Shown piece by piece: positions 1-11,442 of a DNA stretch of 64,000 bases. Location of the stretch: NCBI RefSeq assembly GCF_963921235.1, contig NW_026948140.1:434001-498000 (forward strand). The letters run 5' to 3'. Source of the DNA: Mobula hypostoma (Eukaryota). A program made the translations under genes and the position numbers. The notes beneath the pieces were generated by a model. That model saw only the letters and a list, made by a program, of their open reading frames with translations, made no database searches and was not told the DNA's origin. Within the stretch, counting starts at the first letter, position 1; each line of letters opens with the position of its first letter.

Positions 1-1277
1 GACTCCAGCAGTTTCCCCACCACCGACGTTAGGCTAACCGGTCTATAATTCCCCAGTTTCTCTCTCCCTCCTTTTTTAAAAAGTGGGGTTACATTAGCCA
101 CCCTCCAATCCTCAGGAACTAGTCCAGAATCTAACGAGTTTTGAAAAATTATCACTAATGCATCCACTATTTCTTGGGCTACTTCCTTAGGCACTCTAGG
201 ATGCAGACCATCTGGCCCTGGGGATTTATCTGCTTCAATCCCTTCAATTTACCTAACACCACTTCCCTACTAACATGTATTTCACTCAGTTCCTCCATCT
301 CACTGGACCCTCTGTCCCTTACTATTTCTGGAAGATTATTTATGTCCTCCTTAGTGAAGACAGAACCAAAGTAATTATTCAATTGGTCTGCCATGTCCTT
401 GCTCCCCATAATCAATTCACCTGTTTCTGTCTGCAGGGGACCTACATTTGTCTTTACCAGTCTTTTCCTTTTTACATATCTATAAAAGCTTTTACAGTCC
501 GTTTTTTATGTTCCCTGCCAGTTTTCTCTCATAATCTTTTTTCCCCTTCCTAATTAAGCCCTTTGTCCTCCTCTGCTGAACTCTGAATTTCTCCCAGTCC
601 TCAGGTGAGCCACTTTCTCTGGCTAATTTGTATGCTTCTTCTTTGGAATTGATACTATCCCTAATTTCTCTTGTCAGCCACGGGTGCACTACCTTCCTTG
701 ATTTATTCTTTTGCCAAACTGGGATGAACAATTGTTGTAGTTCATCCATGCAACCTTAAATGCTTGCCATTGCATATCCACCGTCAATCCTTTAAGTGTC
801 ATTTGCCAGTCTATCTTAGCTAGTTCACGTCTCATACCTTCAAAGTTACCCCTCTTTAAGTTCAGAACCTTTGTTTCTGAATTAACTATGTCACTCTCCA
901 TCTTAATGAAGAATTCCACCATATTATGGTCACTCTTACCCAAGGGGCCTCTCACGACAAGATTGCTAATTAACCCTTCCTCATTGCTCAAAACCCAGTC
1001 CAGAATAGCCTGCTCTCTGGTTGGTTCCTCGACATGTTGGTTCAAAAAACCATCCCGCATACATTCCAAGAAATCCTCTTTCTCAGCACCTTTACCAATT
1101 TGGTTCACCCAGTCTACATGTAGATTGAAGTCCCCCATTATAACTGCTGTTCCTTTATTGCACACATTTCTAATTTCCTGTTTAATACCATCTCCGACCT
1201 CACTACTACTGTTAGGTGGCCTGTACACAACTCCCACCAGCGTCTTCTGCCCCTTAGTGTTACGCAGCTCTACCCAT
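1..1277 (-). mobile_element. CR1-clade LINE fragment (ORF2 APE endonuclease and linker), runs off the window start
   Basis: ORFs 689..1237 (GVVYRPP, MGDFN, LDWVL, SDH), 492..749 (PWLT) and 179..415 are typical CR1 ORF2 segments broken by frameshifts. Confidence 0.9.
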
Positions 1278-1319
1278 TTCGTGGCCCTTTCTATCCGTCC
1301 TAATTCCTCTTTGTCAGAA

Positions 1320-1694
1320 TATTGAATTCAGGAGTTAATAATAAGGGAGTTATGTTACAGCTGTACAAAGTCATTTTCAGATACCACCCACAGTTCTGGT
1401 CACTCTGCAATAGGAAGGGTGTGATTAAACCGGAGAGAAGATGTTACTGGGCTAAGCTGGTTAGGCTAGAACATTTGTCCCTGGAGCAAAGGTTGAGTAG
1501 TGACTTTAGAGAGAGGGCCATAAATAAGATGAATGAGCAGGGTCTGCTCCCTAGGGTCAAGGATTCCAGAGCTAGAGAGCATGCTTGTAATTAAAGGGAA
1601 AAGATTTTACAAGGACCTGAGAGGCAACATTTTCATACAGAGGTTGGTGGGTGTATGGAACAAGCTGCCAGAGGAAGTGATAGAGACAACAATA
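1320..1694 (+). mobile_element. Old degenerate CR1 3' end, split by the RTE insertion; resumes at 18438
   Basis: Decayed 'VMLQLYK...QFWS' and 'FIQRLVGVWNKLPEEV' motifs. AGACAACAATA occurs at 1684-1694 and 18438-18448 as a target-site duplication. Confidence 0.7.
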
Positions 1695-1713
1695 TCATCA
1701 TCATCATCATCAT
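1694..1713. repeat. (ATC)n microsatellite forming the 3' tail of the RTE element
   Basis: atcatcatcatcatcatcat lies directly next to the TSD. Confidence 0.85.
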
Positions 1714-3020
1714 GGCTTGGCATCGTGAACGAAGATTTAGGAAGGGGGCTGCCCACGTCTGCTGCAGGCTCGCTGGTGGCTGATGAGGCCAGTACAGGAC
1801 AGGCAGGTCCAGCCACAGCAGCTGCAAGGGAAATTCTGTTCTGGGTTTGGTGCTGCTGTGTCACGGTTCTTCCTCCTTCTCCTTTTGTCCTCAATGCCAG
1901 CCCTGCATGCATTCTCTATGGGGGAGACAAACTGGTGGATGGCGTGTCGCCAGGCCTCGCGATCGGAGGCTAGATTAGACCACTGGTGACAGGCACCAAG
2001 GGATTTCTTCAGAGAGTCCTTGTACCTCTTCGGTGCCCCTCTGTCATGATGGCCAGTGGAGAGTTTGCCATACAGCACAATCTTGGGCAGGCGATGATCC
2101 TCCATCCTGGAGATGTGCCCTGCCCTGCGCAGCTGCGTCTTCAACAGCAGGGCCTCGATGCTGGTGACCTCCACCTGTTCGAGGACTTCGATATTGGTGA
2201 CAAAGTCACTCCAGTGGATGTTGAGGGTGGTGTGGAGGCAGTGCGGGTGGAAATGCTCAAGGAGTCGTAGGTAGTGATGGTAGGTGAGCCACGACTCAGA
2301 GCCGTACAGGAGGGTGGTCAGTACAACGGCTCTGTACATGCTGATCTTTGTGCCATTCTTCAAATGCTTGTTGTTCCAGACTCTTTTGTAAAGCCTGCCG
2401 AATGCACTGTTTGCCTTTGCCAGTCTGTTGTCAATCTCTTTGTTGATCTTGGCATCTGACGAGATGGTGCACCCCAGGTAGATGAACTGGTGGTCTGTCT
2501 GCAGCTCTACCTCACCAATGGTGATGCAGAGAGGGTGGTGATCTTCCTGAGGTGCGGGCTGATGGAGAACTTCTGTCTTCAAGCTGACTTCCAGTCCGAA
2601 GAGCTCGGCAGCCTCTGCGAAGCAGGATATTGTACACTGCAGGGCTGTTTCTGTGTGGACAACAAGGGCAGCATCATTGGCAAAGAGCAGCTCTCGGATG
2701 AGTTGCTCCAATGTCTTGGTGTGGGACTGTAGTCACCTCAGGTTGAACAGGCTGCCATCAGTGCGGTATCGGATGTAGACACTGTCCTCGTCATCAAGGT
2801 CTTCTGTAGCCCTTTCAACCATCATGCTGAAGAAGATGGTGAAGACAGTCAGCGCGAGGATGCAACCTTGCTTTACTCTGTTGCCTATTGGGAAGGGTTC
2901 TGAGAAATCGTTGTTGTGTCTGGCTTGGCCACTCTGATCTTCATGTAGCTGGATAACCATGCTGAGGAACTTTGGGGGGCATCCCGGTCACTCCACAATT
3001 TGCCACAGACCTTCCCTGCT

Positions 3021-4330
3021 GACAATAGACAATAGGTGCAGGAGTAGGCCATTCGGCCCTTCGAGCCAGTACCGCCATTCACTGTGATCATGGCAGATCA
3101 TCCACTATCAGTATCCAGTTCCTGCCTTATCCCCATAACCTTTGATTCCGCTATCTTTAAGAGCTCTATCCATCTCTTTCTTGAAAGCATCCAGAGACTT
3201 GGCCTCCACAACCTTCTGGGGCAGAGCATTCCATATATCCACCACTCTCTGGGTGAAAAAGTTTTTCCTCAAATCCTACCCCTTATTCTTAAACTGTGGC
3301 CTCTGGTTCTGGACTCACCCATCAGCGGGAACATGCTTCCTGCCTCCAGCGTGTCCAATCCCTTAATAATCTTATATGTTTCAATAAGATCCCCTCTCAG
3401 CCTTCTAAATTCCAGAGTATACAAGCTCCAATCTTTTGACATATGACAGTCCCACCATCCCGGGAATTAACCTCGTGAACCTACGCTGCACTCCCTCAAT
3501 AGCAAGAATGCCCTTCCTCAAATTTGGAGACCAAAACTGCACACAGTACTCCAGGTGTGGTCTCACCAGGGCCCTGTACAGCTGCAGAAGGACCTCTTCG
3601 CTCTTATACTCAATTCCCCTTGTTATGAAGGCCAGCATGCCATTAGCTTTCTTCACTGCCTGCTGTACTTGCATGCTTGCTTTCAGTGACTGATGTACAA
3701 GAACACCTAGATCTTGTTGTGCTTCCCTTTTTCCTAACTTGACTCCATTTAGATAATAGCCTGCCTTCCCGTTCTTACCACCAAAGTGGATAACCTCACA
3801 TTTATCCACATTAAACTGCATCTGCCATGCATCTGCCCACTCACCCAGCCTGTCCCAGTCACCCTACATTCTCGTAACATCCTCCTCACATTTCACACTG
3901 CCTCCCAGCTTTGTGTCATCGGCAAATTTGCTAATGTTACTTTTAATTCCCTCATCTAAATCATTAATATATATTGTAAACAGCTGCAGTCCCAGCACTG
4001 AACCCTGCGGTACCCCACTGGTCACCGCCTGCCATTCCGAAAGGGACCTGTTAATCGCTACTCTTTGTTTTCTGTCAGCCAGCCAATTTTCAATCCATGT
4101 CAGTACTCTGCCCCCAATACCATGTGCCCTAATTTTGCCCACCAATCTCCTATGTGGGACTTTATCAAAGGTTTTCTGAAAGTCCAGGTACACTACATCC
4201 ACTGGCTCTCCCTTGTCCATTTTCATAGTTACATCCTCAAAAAATTCCAGAAGATTAGTCAAGCACGATTTCCCCTTCGTAAATCCATGCTGACTTGGAC
4301 CAATCCTGTTACTACTATCCAGGCTACTAT
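3021..4330 (-). mobile_element. 5'-truncated CR1 LINE (RT and 3' UTR, (CTATTGT)n tail) nested in the RTE
   Basis: ORFs 3864..4262 ([22 protein letters not shown]) and 3405..3821. It interrupts the RTE motif FDTV|SREGLW. Confidence 0.92.
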
Positions 4331-5295
4331 CACGGTGTCGAACTCTTTGGTAAGGTTGACAAACATCACATACAATCCTTTGTTTTGTTCCCTACTTTTC
4401 TCTTGGAGCTGCCTGAGAACAAAAACCATGTCGGTAGTGCTCCTGTTGGCTCTGAAGCCACACTGGCTCTCAGGGAGGTGTTCGTCTGCATTGGTGGGCA
4501 CCAATCTGTTCAGGAATACTCTTGCCAGGACTTTCCCTGCGATAGAGAGAAGAGTTATGTTCCCGGTAGTTGGAGCAGTAGGACTTTCCTCCCTTGTTCT
4601 TGTACAGGGCGATGATGACTGCATCACGGAGGTTCTGTGGTAGTTTACCTTGTTCCCAGCAGCAGACAAAGAACTCATGGAGTTTGGTGTGTAACGCTGG
4701 GCCCCCATGCTTCCAAATCTCAGGTGGGATTCCATCAACTCCCATTGCTTTGCCAATTTTCAGCTGCTCTATGGCCTTGACTGTCTCTTCTAGGGTTGGA
4801 ATCTTGTCCAGTTCTGTTTTCTCTGGCTGTTGTGGGATGCGATGAATTGCTGAGTCTTGGACCATGCGGTTGGCACTGATGAGAGTCTGGAAATGTTCCG
4901 ACCACCGTTTCAGGATGGACGCCTTGTCTGTGAAGAGCACCTGACCGTCTGCACTGCGCTAGGGACTCTGGACCTGGTGCATGGGGCCGTACACCACTCT
5001 CAGGGCTTCATAAATCCCTCTGTAGTCACCGGTGTCTGCGCAAAGCTGGCCAGTGCGTGAGTGGGGCCAGGGAAGGAGTGGGGCCAGGGAAGGAGTGGGG
5101 CTTTGAGGCTTTGACTCAAGCGGTTTTGGCAGTTGGTCTGTGCAATCAAGTCAATCAAGATTTGAATAGATCAGCAGAAAGCCGTTGATTAGACAATCAA
5201 GATTTGAATAGCTCAGACTCAGCAGAAAGCAGCTGATTGGGCAGTTGAGGTCAGGTGACCAAACATTTTGAAAAGCTCAAACAGATAAATAGAGG

Positions 5296-5518
5296 CAAAC
5301 AACAGGAGTTCTGCAGATGCTGGAAATTCAAGCAACACACATAGAAGTTGCTGGTGAACGCAGCAGGCCAGGCAGCATCTCTAGGAAGAGGTGCAGTCGA
5401 CGTTTCAGGCTGAGACCCTTCGTCCTGACGAAGGATCTCGGCCTGAAACGTCGACTGCACCTCTTCCTAGAGATGCTGCCTGGCCTGCTGCGTTCACCAG
5501 CAACTTCTATGTGTGTTG
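5296..5518. mobile_element. Penelope-like element mini-insertion: foldback pair of pseudo-LTR ends
   Basis: Inverted arms of about 90 bp matching the 3' end of the Penelope at 11443; 13-bp TSD AGATAAATAGAGG at 5283-5295 and 5519-5531. Confidence 0.88.
5422..5455 (+). ncRNA. Minimal hammerhead ribozyme motif (Penelope type) with short stem I
   Basis: gtc CTGACGA agg atctcgg cct GAAA cg TC gac: intact core, paired stem II, ACGT palindrome in place of stem III. Confidence 0.6.
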
Positions 5519-5641
5519 AGATAAATAGAGGGATAGCTCAAGCAAAGCGGCCAGTGCGTGAGTGGGCCAGTGAAGGAGTGGAGCTTTGAGGCTTTGACGA
5601 GAAGAGGCGGAGGACAAGCGAGCTCGCAGTTAGTCTCTACA

Positions 5642-6563
5642 ATGCCTCCTGAGATGGTGATGTGCCTCTCATGTGAGATGTGGCAGTCTTGGGGGAACTC
5701 CCCTCTCCCACAGAGTCACATCTGCCAGAAGTGCATATAGCTGGGCGATCTGGAAGACCGTGTAAGGAATCTGGAGCAGCAGCTGGATGACTTTCGACTC
5801 ATAAGGGAGAATGAGGCAGTCATAGATGAGAGCTACAGGGAGGTAGTCACACCTAGGCTGTCGGAAGCAGGTCGTTGGGTGACAGTCAGAGGGGAGAAAG
5901 CGAAGGTGAGCAGACAGGTAGTGCAGAGCACCCCTATAGCCATTCCCCTGAATAATAAGTTTACCATCCTGGATACTGTTGGCGGGGACGACTGACCAGG
6001 TGTGAGCCACGGTTGCAGGGCCTCCGGCACTGAGTCTGAGCCGGTGGTGCAGAAGGGTGGGACGGAGAAAAGAGAGCTGTCGTCATTGGAGACTCTATAG
6101 TCAGGGGAGCAGACAGGAGATTATGTGGACGTGAGAAGGACACCCGCACGGTTTGTTACCTCCCGGGTGCCAGGGTCCAGGATGTCTCTGACCGGGTGCA
6201 CGACATCCTGGTACGAGAGGGAAAGCAGCCAGAAGTCGTGATATATCTTGGGACCAACGACATAGGCAGGAAGAGGTATGAGGTCCTGAAGTGTGAGTTT
6301 CGGGAACTTGGCAGAAGGCTGAAGAACAGGATCTCAAGGGTGACGTTCTCAGGATTGCTGCCAGTGCTACGTGACAGTGATGGTAAGAATTGGAGGAGAT
6401 GGCAGTTGAATGCGTGGCTGAGGAGTTGGTGCAGGGAGCAGGGTTTTAGATTTTTAGATCATTGGGATCTCTTCTGGGGAAGGTGGGACTGCACCTGAAC
6501 TCGAGGGGGAGCAATATCCTTGCAGGTAGGTTTGCTAGCATGGTTCGGGAGGGTTTAAACTAA
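5642..6563 (+). pseudogene. CR1 ORF1 (CxxC zinc finger, leucine zipper, SGNH/GDSL esterase), disrupted
   Basis: MVMCLSCEMW...HICQKC, LEQQLDD, VVIGDSIVRG, YLGTNDIG, ends ...REGLN*. Has an internal stop, a frameshift, and a small deletion at the DGLH motif near 6490. Confidence 0.85.
6554..6560 (+). promoter_or_regulatory. Candidate -1 ribosomal frameshift slippery site T_TTA_AAC at the CR1 ORF1/ORF2 junction
   Basis: Phased ggT TTA AAC taa in ORF1. The -1 frame is open from 6554 into ORF 6599..7780. Confidence 0.55.
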
Positions 6564-9450
6564 TTTGCGAGGGGGATGGGACCCAGAGCGATCGAGCAGT
6601 GAAAGAAGTGCATGGAGTAAAGCCAGATCTAACATACAGAGAGGCTTTGGGGAAAGAGAAGCAGAATAAACGGTGTAAAGACAGTAAGGTAGAAGGGCTG
6701 AAATGTGTGTACCTCAATGCAAGAAGCATCAGGAACAAAGGTGATGAACTGAGAGCTTGGATACATACATGGAATTATGATGTAGTGGCCATTACAGAGA
6801 CTTGGCTGGCACCAGGGCAGGAATGGATTCTCAATATTCCTGGATTTCAGTGCTTTAAAAGGGATAGAGAGGGCGGAAAAAGGGGAGGAGAGGTGGCATT
6901 ACTGGTCAGGGATACTATTACAGCTACAGAAAGGGTGGGTAATGTAGCAGGATCCTCTTTTGAGTCAATATGGGTGGAAGTCAGGAACAGAAAGGGAGCA
7001 GTTACTCTATTGGGGGTATTCTATCAGCCCCCTGGTAGCAGCAGAGATACAGAGGAGCAGATTGGGAGGCAGATTTTGGAAAGGTGCAAAAATAACAGGG
7101 TTGTTATCATGGGTGACTTTAACTTCCCTAATATTGATTGGCACCTGATTAGTTCCAAGGGTTTAGATGGGGCAGAGTTTGTTAAGTGTGTCCAGGATGG
7201 ATTCCTGTCACAGTATGTGGACAGGCCGACCAGAGGGATTGCCATACTCGATCTAGTACTAAGTAATGAACCAGGTCAGGTCACAGATCTCTCAGTGGGT
7301 GAGCATCTGGGGGACAGAGACCACCGCTCCCTGGCCTTTAACATTATCATGGAAAAGGATAGAATCAGAGAGGACAGGAAAATTTTTAATTGGGGAAAGG
7401 CAAATTATGAGGCTATAAGGCTAGAACTTGCAGGTGTGAATTGGGATGATGTTTTTGCAGGGAAATGTACTGTGGACATGTGGTTGATGTTTAGAGATCT
7501 CTTGCGGGATGTAAGGGATAAATTTGTCCCGGTGAGGAAGATAAAGAATGGTAGGGTGAAGGAACCATGGGTGACAAGTGAGGTGGAAAATCTAGTCAGG
7601 TGGAAGAAGGCAGCATACATGAGGTTTAGGAAGCAAGGATCAGGTGGGTCTATTGAGGAATATAGGGAAGCAAGAAAGGAGCTTAAGAAGGGGCTGAGAA
7701 GAGCAAGAAGGGGGCATGAGAAGGCCTTGGCGAGTAGGGTAAAGGAAAACCCCAAGGCATTCTTCAATTATGTGAAGTAAAAAAGGATGACAGGAGTGAA
7801 GGTAGGACCGATTAGAGATAAAGGTGGGAAGATGTGCCTGGAGGCTGTGGAAGTGAGTGAGGTCCTCAATGAATACTTCTCTTCGGTATTCACCAATGAG
7901 AGGGAACTTGATGATGGTGAGGACAATATGAGTGAGGTTGATGTTCTGGAGCATGTTATATTAAGGGAGAGGAGGTGTTGGAGTTGTTAAAATACATTAG
8001 GACAGATAAGTCCCTGGGGCCTGACGGAATATTCCCCAGGCTGCTCCACGAGGCGAGAGAAGAGATTGCTGAGCCTCTGGCTAGGAACTTTATGTCCTCG
8101 TTGTCCACGGGAATGGCACCGGAGGATTCGAGGGAGGTGAATGTTGTCCCCTTGTTCAAAAAAGGTAGTAGGGATAGTCCGGGTAATTATAGACCAGTGA
8201 GCCTTACGTCTGTGGTGGGAAAGCTGTTGGAAAAGATTCTTAGAGATAGGATCTATGGGCATTTAGAGAATCATGGTCTGACAGGAACAGTCAGCATGGC
8301 TTTGTGAAGGGCAGATCGTGTCTAACAAGCCTGATAGAGTTCTTTGAGGAGGTGACCAGGCATATAGATGAGGGTAGTGCAGTGGATGTGACCTATATGG
8401 ATTTTAGTAAGGCATTTGACAAAGTTCCACACGGTAGGCTTATTCAGAAAGTTAGAAGGCATGGGATCCAGGGAAGTTTGGCCAGGTGGATTCAGAATTG
8501 GCTTGCCTGCAGAAGGCAGAGGGTGGTGGTGGAGGGAGTACATTCATATTGGAGGATTGTGACCAGTGGTGTCCCACAAGGATCTGTTCTGGGACCTCCA
8601 CTTTTCGTGATTTTTATTAACGACCTGGATGTGGGAGTAGAAGGGTGGGTTGGCAAGTTTGCAGATGACACAGAGGTTGGTGGTGTTGTAGATAGTGTAG
8701 AGGACATTGATAGGATGCAGGAGTGGGCTGAGAAGTAGCAGATGGAGTTCAACCTGGAGAAGTGTGAGGTGGTACACTTTGGAAGGACAAACTCCAAGGC
8801 AGAGTACAAAGCAAATGGCAGGATACTCGGTAGTGTGGAGGAGCAGAGGGATCTCTGGGTACATGTCCACAGATCCCTGAAAGTTATCTCACAGGTGGAT
8901 AGGGTAGTTAAGAAAGCTTATGGGGTGTTAGCTTTCATAAGTCGAGGGATAGAGTTTAAGTGTCACTATGTAGTGATGCAGCTCTATAAAACTCTGGTTA
9001 GGCCACACTTGCAGTACTGTGTCTAGTTCTGGTCACCTCATTATAGGAAGGATGTGGAAGCATTGGAAAGGGTACAGAGGAGATTTACCAGGATGCTGGC
9101 TGGTTTAGAAAGTATGCATTATGATCAGAGATTAAGGGAGTTAGGGCTTTACTCTTTGGAGAGAAGGAGGATGAGAGGAGACATGATAGAGGTGTACAAG
9201 ATAATAAGAGGAATAGATAGAGTGGATAGCCTGCGCCTCTTCCCCTGGGCACCATTGCTCAATACAAGAGGTCATGGCTTTTAGGTAAGGGGTGGGAAGT
9301 TCAAGGGGGATATTAGAGGAAGGTTTTTTACTCAGAGAGTGGTTGGTGTGTGGAATGCACTGCCTGAGTCAGTGGTGGAGGCAGATACACTAGTGAAGTT
9401 TAAGAGACTATATGGAGGAATTTAAGGTGGGGGCTTATATGGGAGGCAGG
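6554..9450 (+). pseudogene. CR1 ORF2 (APE endonuclease and reverse transcriptase), disrupted
   Basis: [53 protein letters not shown]; several stops and frameshifts. Confidence 0.92.
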
Positions 9451-11442
9451 GTTTCAGGGTCAGCGCAACATTGTGGGCCGAAGGGCCTGTACTGCGCTGT
9501 ACTATTCTTTGTTCTATGTTCCATAAAGCTGAGTTCTCTTTGCAAGGTTGGTCCACCGCACGTTCTAAATCTCTCGAAACTTGCGCTGGAGGTTGCTGCA
9601 TAAAAGGCGGAAGGCTGCTTTCTTATCAGGATAAGACGGCTGAGTAAGGTGCGACTGGTGGGTGGATCTCTTCTTCACCAGCAATTCTTAGATCTCCTGG
9701 TTGTTTTCATCGAACCAGTCCATAAGACCATAAGACAACGGAGCAGAAGTCGGCCATTCGGCCCATTGAGTCTGCTCCGCCTTTTTATCATAGCTCATCC
9801 ATTCTCCCATTTAGTCCCACCCACCCGCCTTCTCACCATAACCTTTGATGCCCTGGCTACTCAGAAACCTATGGATCTCTGCCTTAAATACATGCAATGA
9901 CTTGGCCTCCACTGCCGCCCATGGCAACCAATTCCATAGATTCACCACCCTCTGGCTAAAAAAATTTCTTCGCATTTTTGTTCTGAATGGTCTCCCTTCA
10001 ATCTTGAAGTCATGCCCTCTCGTACTTGACTTCCCCATCATGGGAAACAACTTTGCCACATCCACTCTGTCCATGCCTTTCAACATTCGAAATGTTTATA
10101 GACAATAGACAATAGGTGCAGGAGTAGGCCATTCGGCCCTTTGAGCCAGCACCGCCATTCACTGTGATCATGGCAGATCATCCACAATCAGTATCCAGTT
10201 CCTGCCTTATCCCCATATCCTTTGATTTCGCTATCTTTAAGAGCTCTATCCATCTCTTACTTGAAAACATCCAGAGACTTGGCCTCCACTGCCTTCTGGG
10301 GCAGAGCATTCCACATATCCACGACTCTCTGGGTGAAAAAGTTTTTCCTCAACTCTATTCTAAGTGGCCTACCCCTTATTTTTAAACTGTAGCCTCTGGT
10401 TCTGGACTCAACCTTCCTGCCTCCAGCGTGTCCAATCCCTTAATAATCTTATATGTTTCAATCAGATCCCCTCTCATCCTTCTACATTCCAGTGAATACA
10501 AGCCCAGTCGCTCCAATCTTTCAACATATGACAGTCCCGCCATCCTGGAAATTAACCTTGTGAACCTACGCTGCACTCCCTCAATAGCAAGAATGTCCTT
10601 CCTCAAATTTGGAGACCAAAACCGCACACAATTCTCCAGGTGTGGTCTCACCAGGGCCCTGTACAGCTGCAGAAGGACCTCTTTGCTCCCATACTCAATT
10701 CCCCTTGTTATGAAGGCCAGCATGCCATTAGCTTTCGTCACTGTCTGCTGTACCTGCATGCTTGCTTTCAGTGACTGATGTACAAGAACACCTAGATCTC
10801 ATTGTACTTCCCCTTTTCCCAACTTGACTCCATTTAGATAATAATCTGCTTTCCTATTCTTACCACCAAAGTAGATAACCTCACATTTATCCACATTAAA
10901 CTGCATCCACCCACTCACCCAGCCTGTCCAAGTCACCCTGCATTCTCATAACATCCTCCTCACATTTCACACTGCCACCCAGCTTTATATCATCTGCAAA
11001 TTTGCTAATGTTATTTTTAATCCCTTCATCTAAATCATTAATGTATATTGTAAACAGCTGCGGTACCCTACTGGTCACCACCTGCCATTCTGAAAGGGAC
11101 CCGTTAATCACAACTCTTTGTTTCCTGTCAATCCATGTCAGTACTTTGCCCCCAATACCATGTGCCCTAATTTTGCCCACTAATCTCCTATGTGGGACTT
11201 TATCAAAGGTTTTCTGAAAGTCCAGGTACTCTGCAACCACTGGCTCTCTCTTGTCCATTTTCATAGTTACATCCTCAAAAAATTCCAGAAGATTAGTCAA
11301 GCATGATTTCCCCTTCGTAAATCCATGCTGACTTGGACCTATCCTGTTACTGCTATCCAAATGTGTCGTAATTTCATCTTTTATAATTGACTCCAGCATC
11401 TTTCCCACCACTGACTTCAGGCTAACTGGTCTATAATTCCCT

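Larger units (their letters stand above)
5049..9524 (+). mobile_element. Full-length CR1 LINE (5' UTR, ORF1, ORF2, (TTCTATG)n-type tail), decayed, nested in the RTE
   Basis: 7-bp TSD AAAGCTG at 5042-5048 and 9525-9531. ORF1 has a zinc finger, coiled coil and SGNH esterase; ORF2 has APE (6599..7780) and RT (7975..9284 in pieces). Confidence 0.93.
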
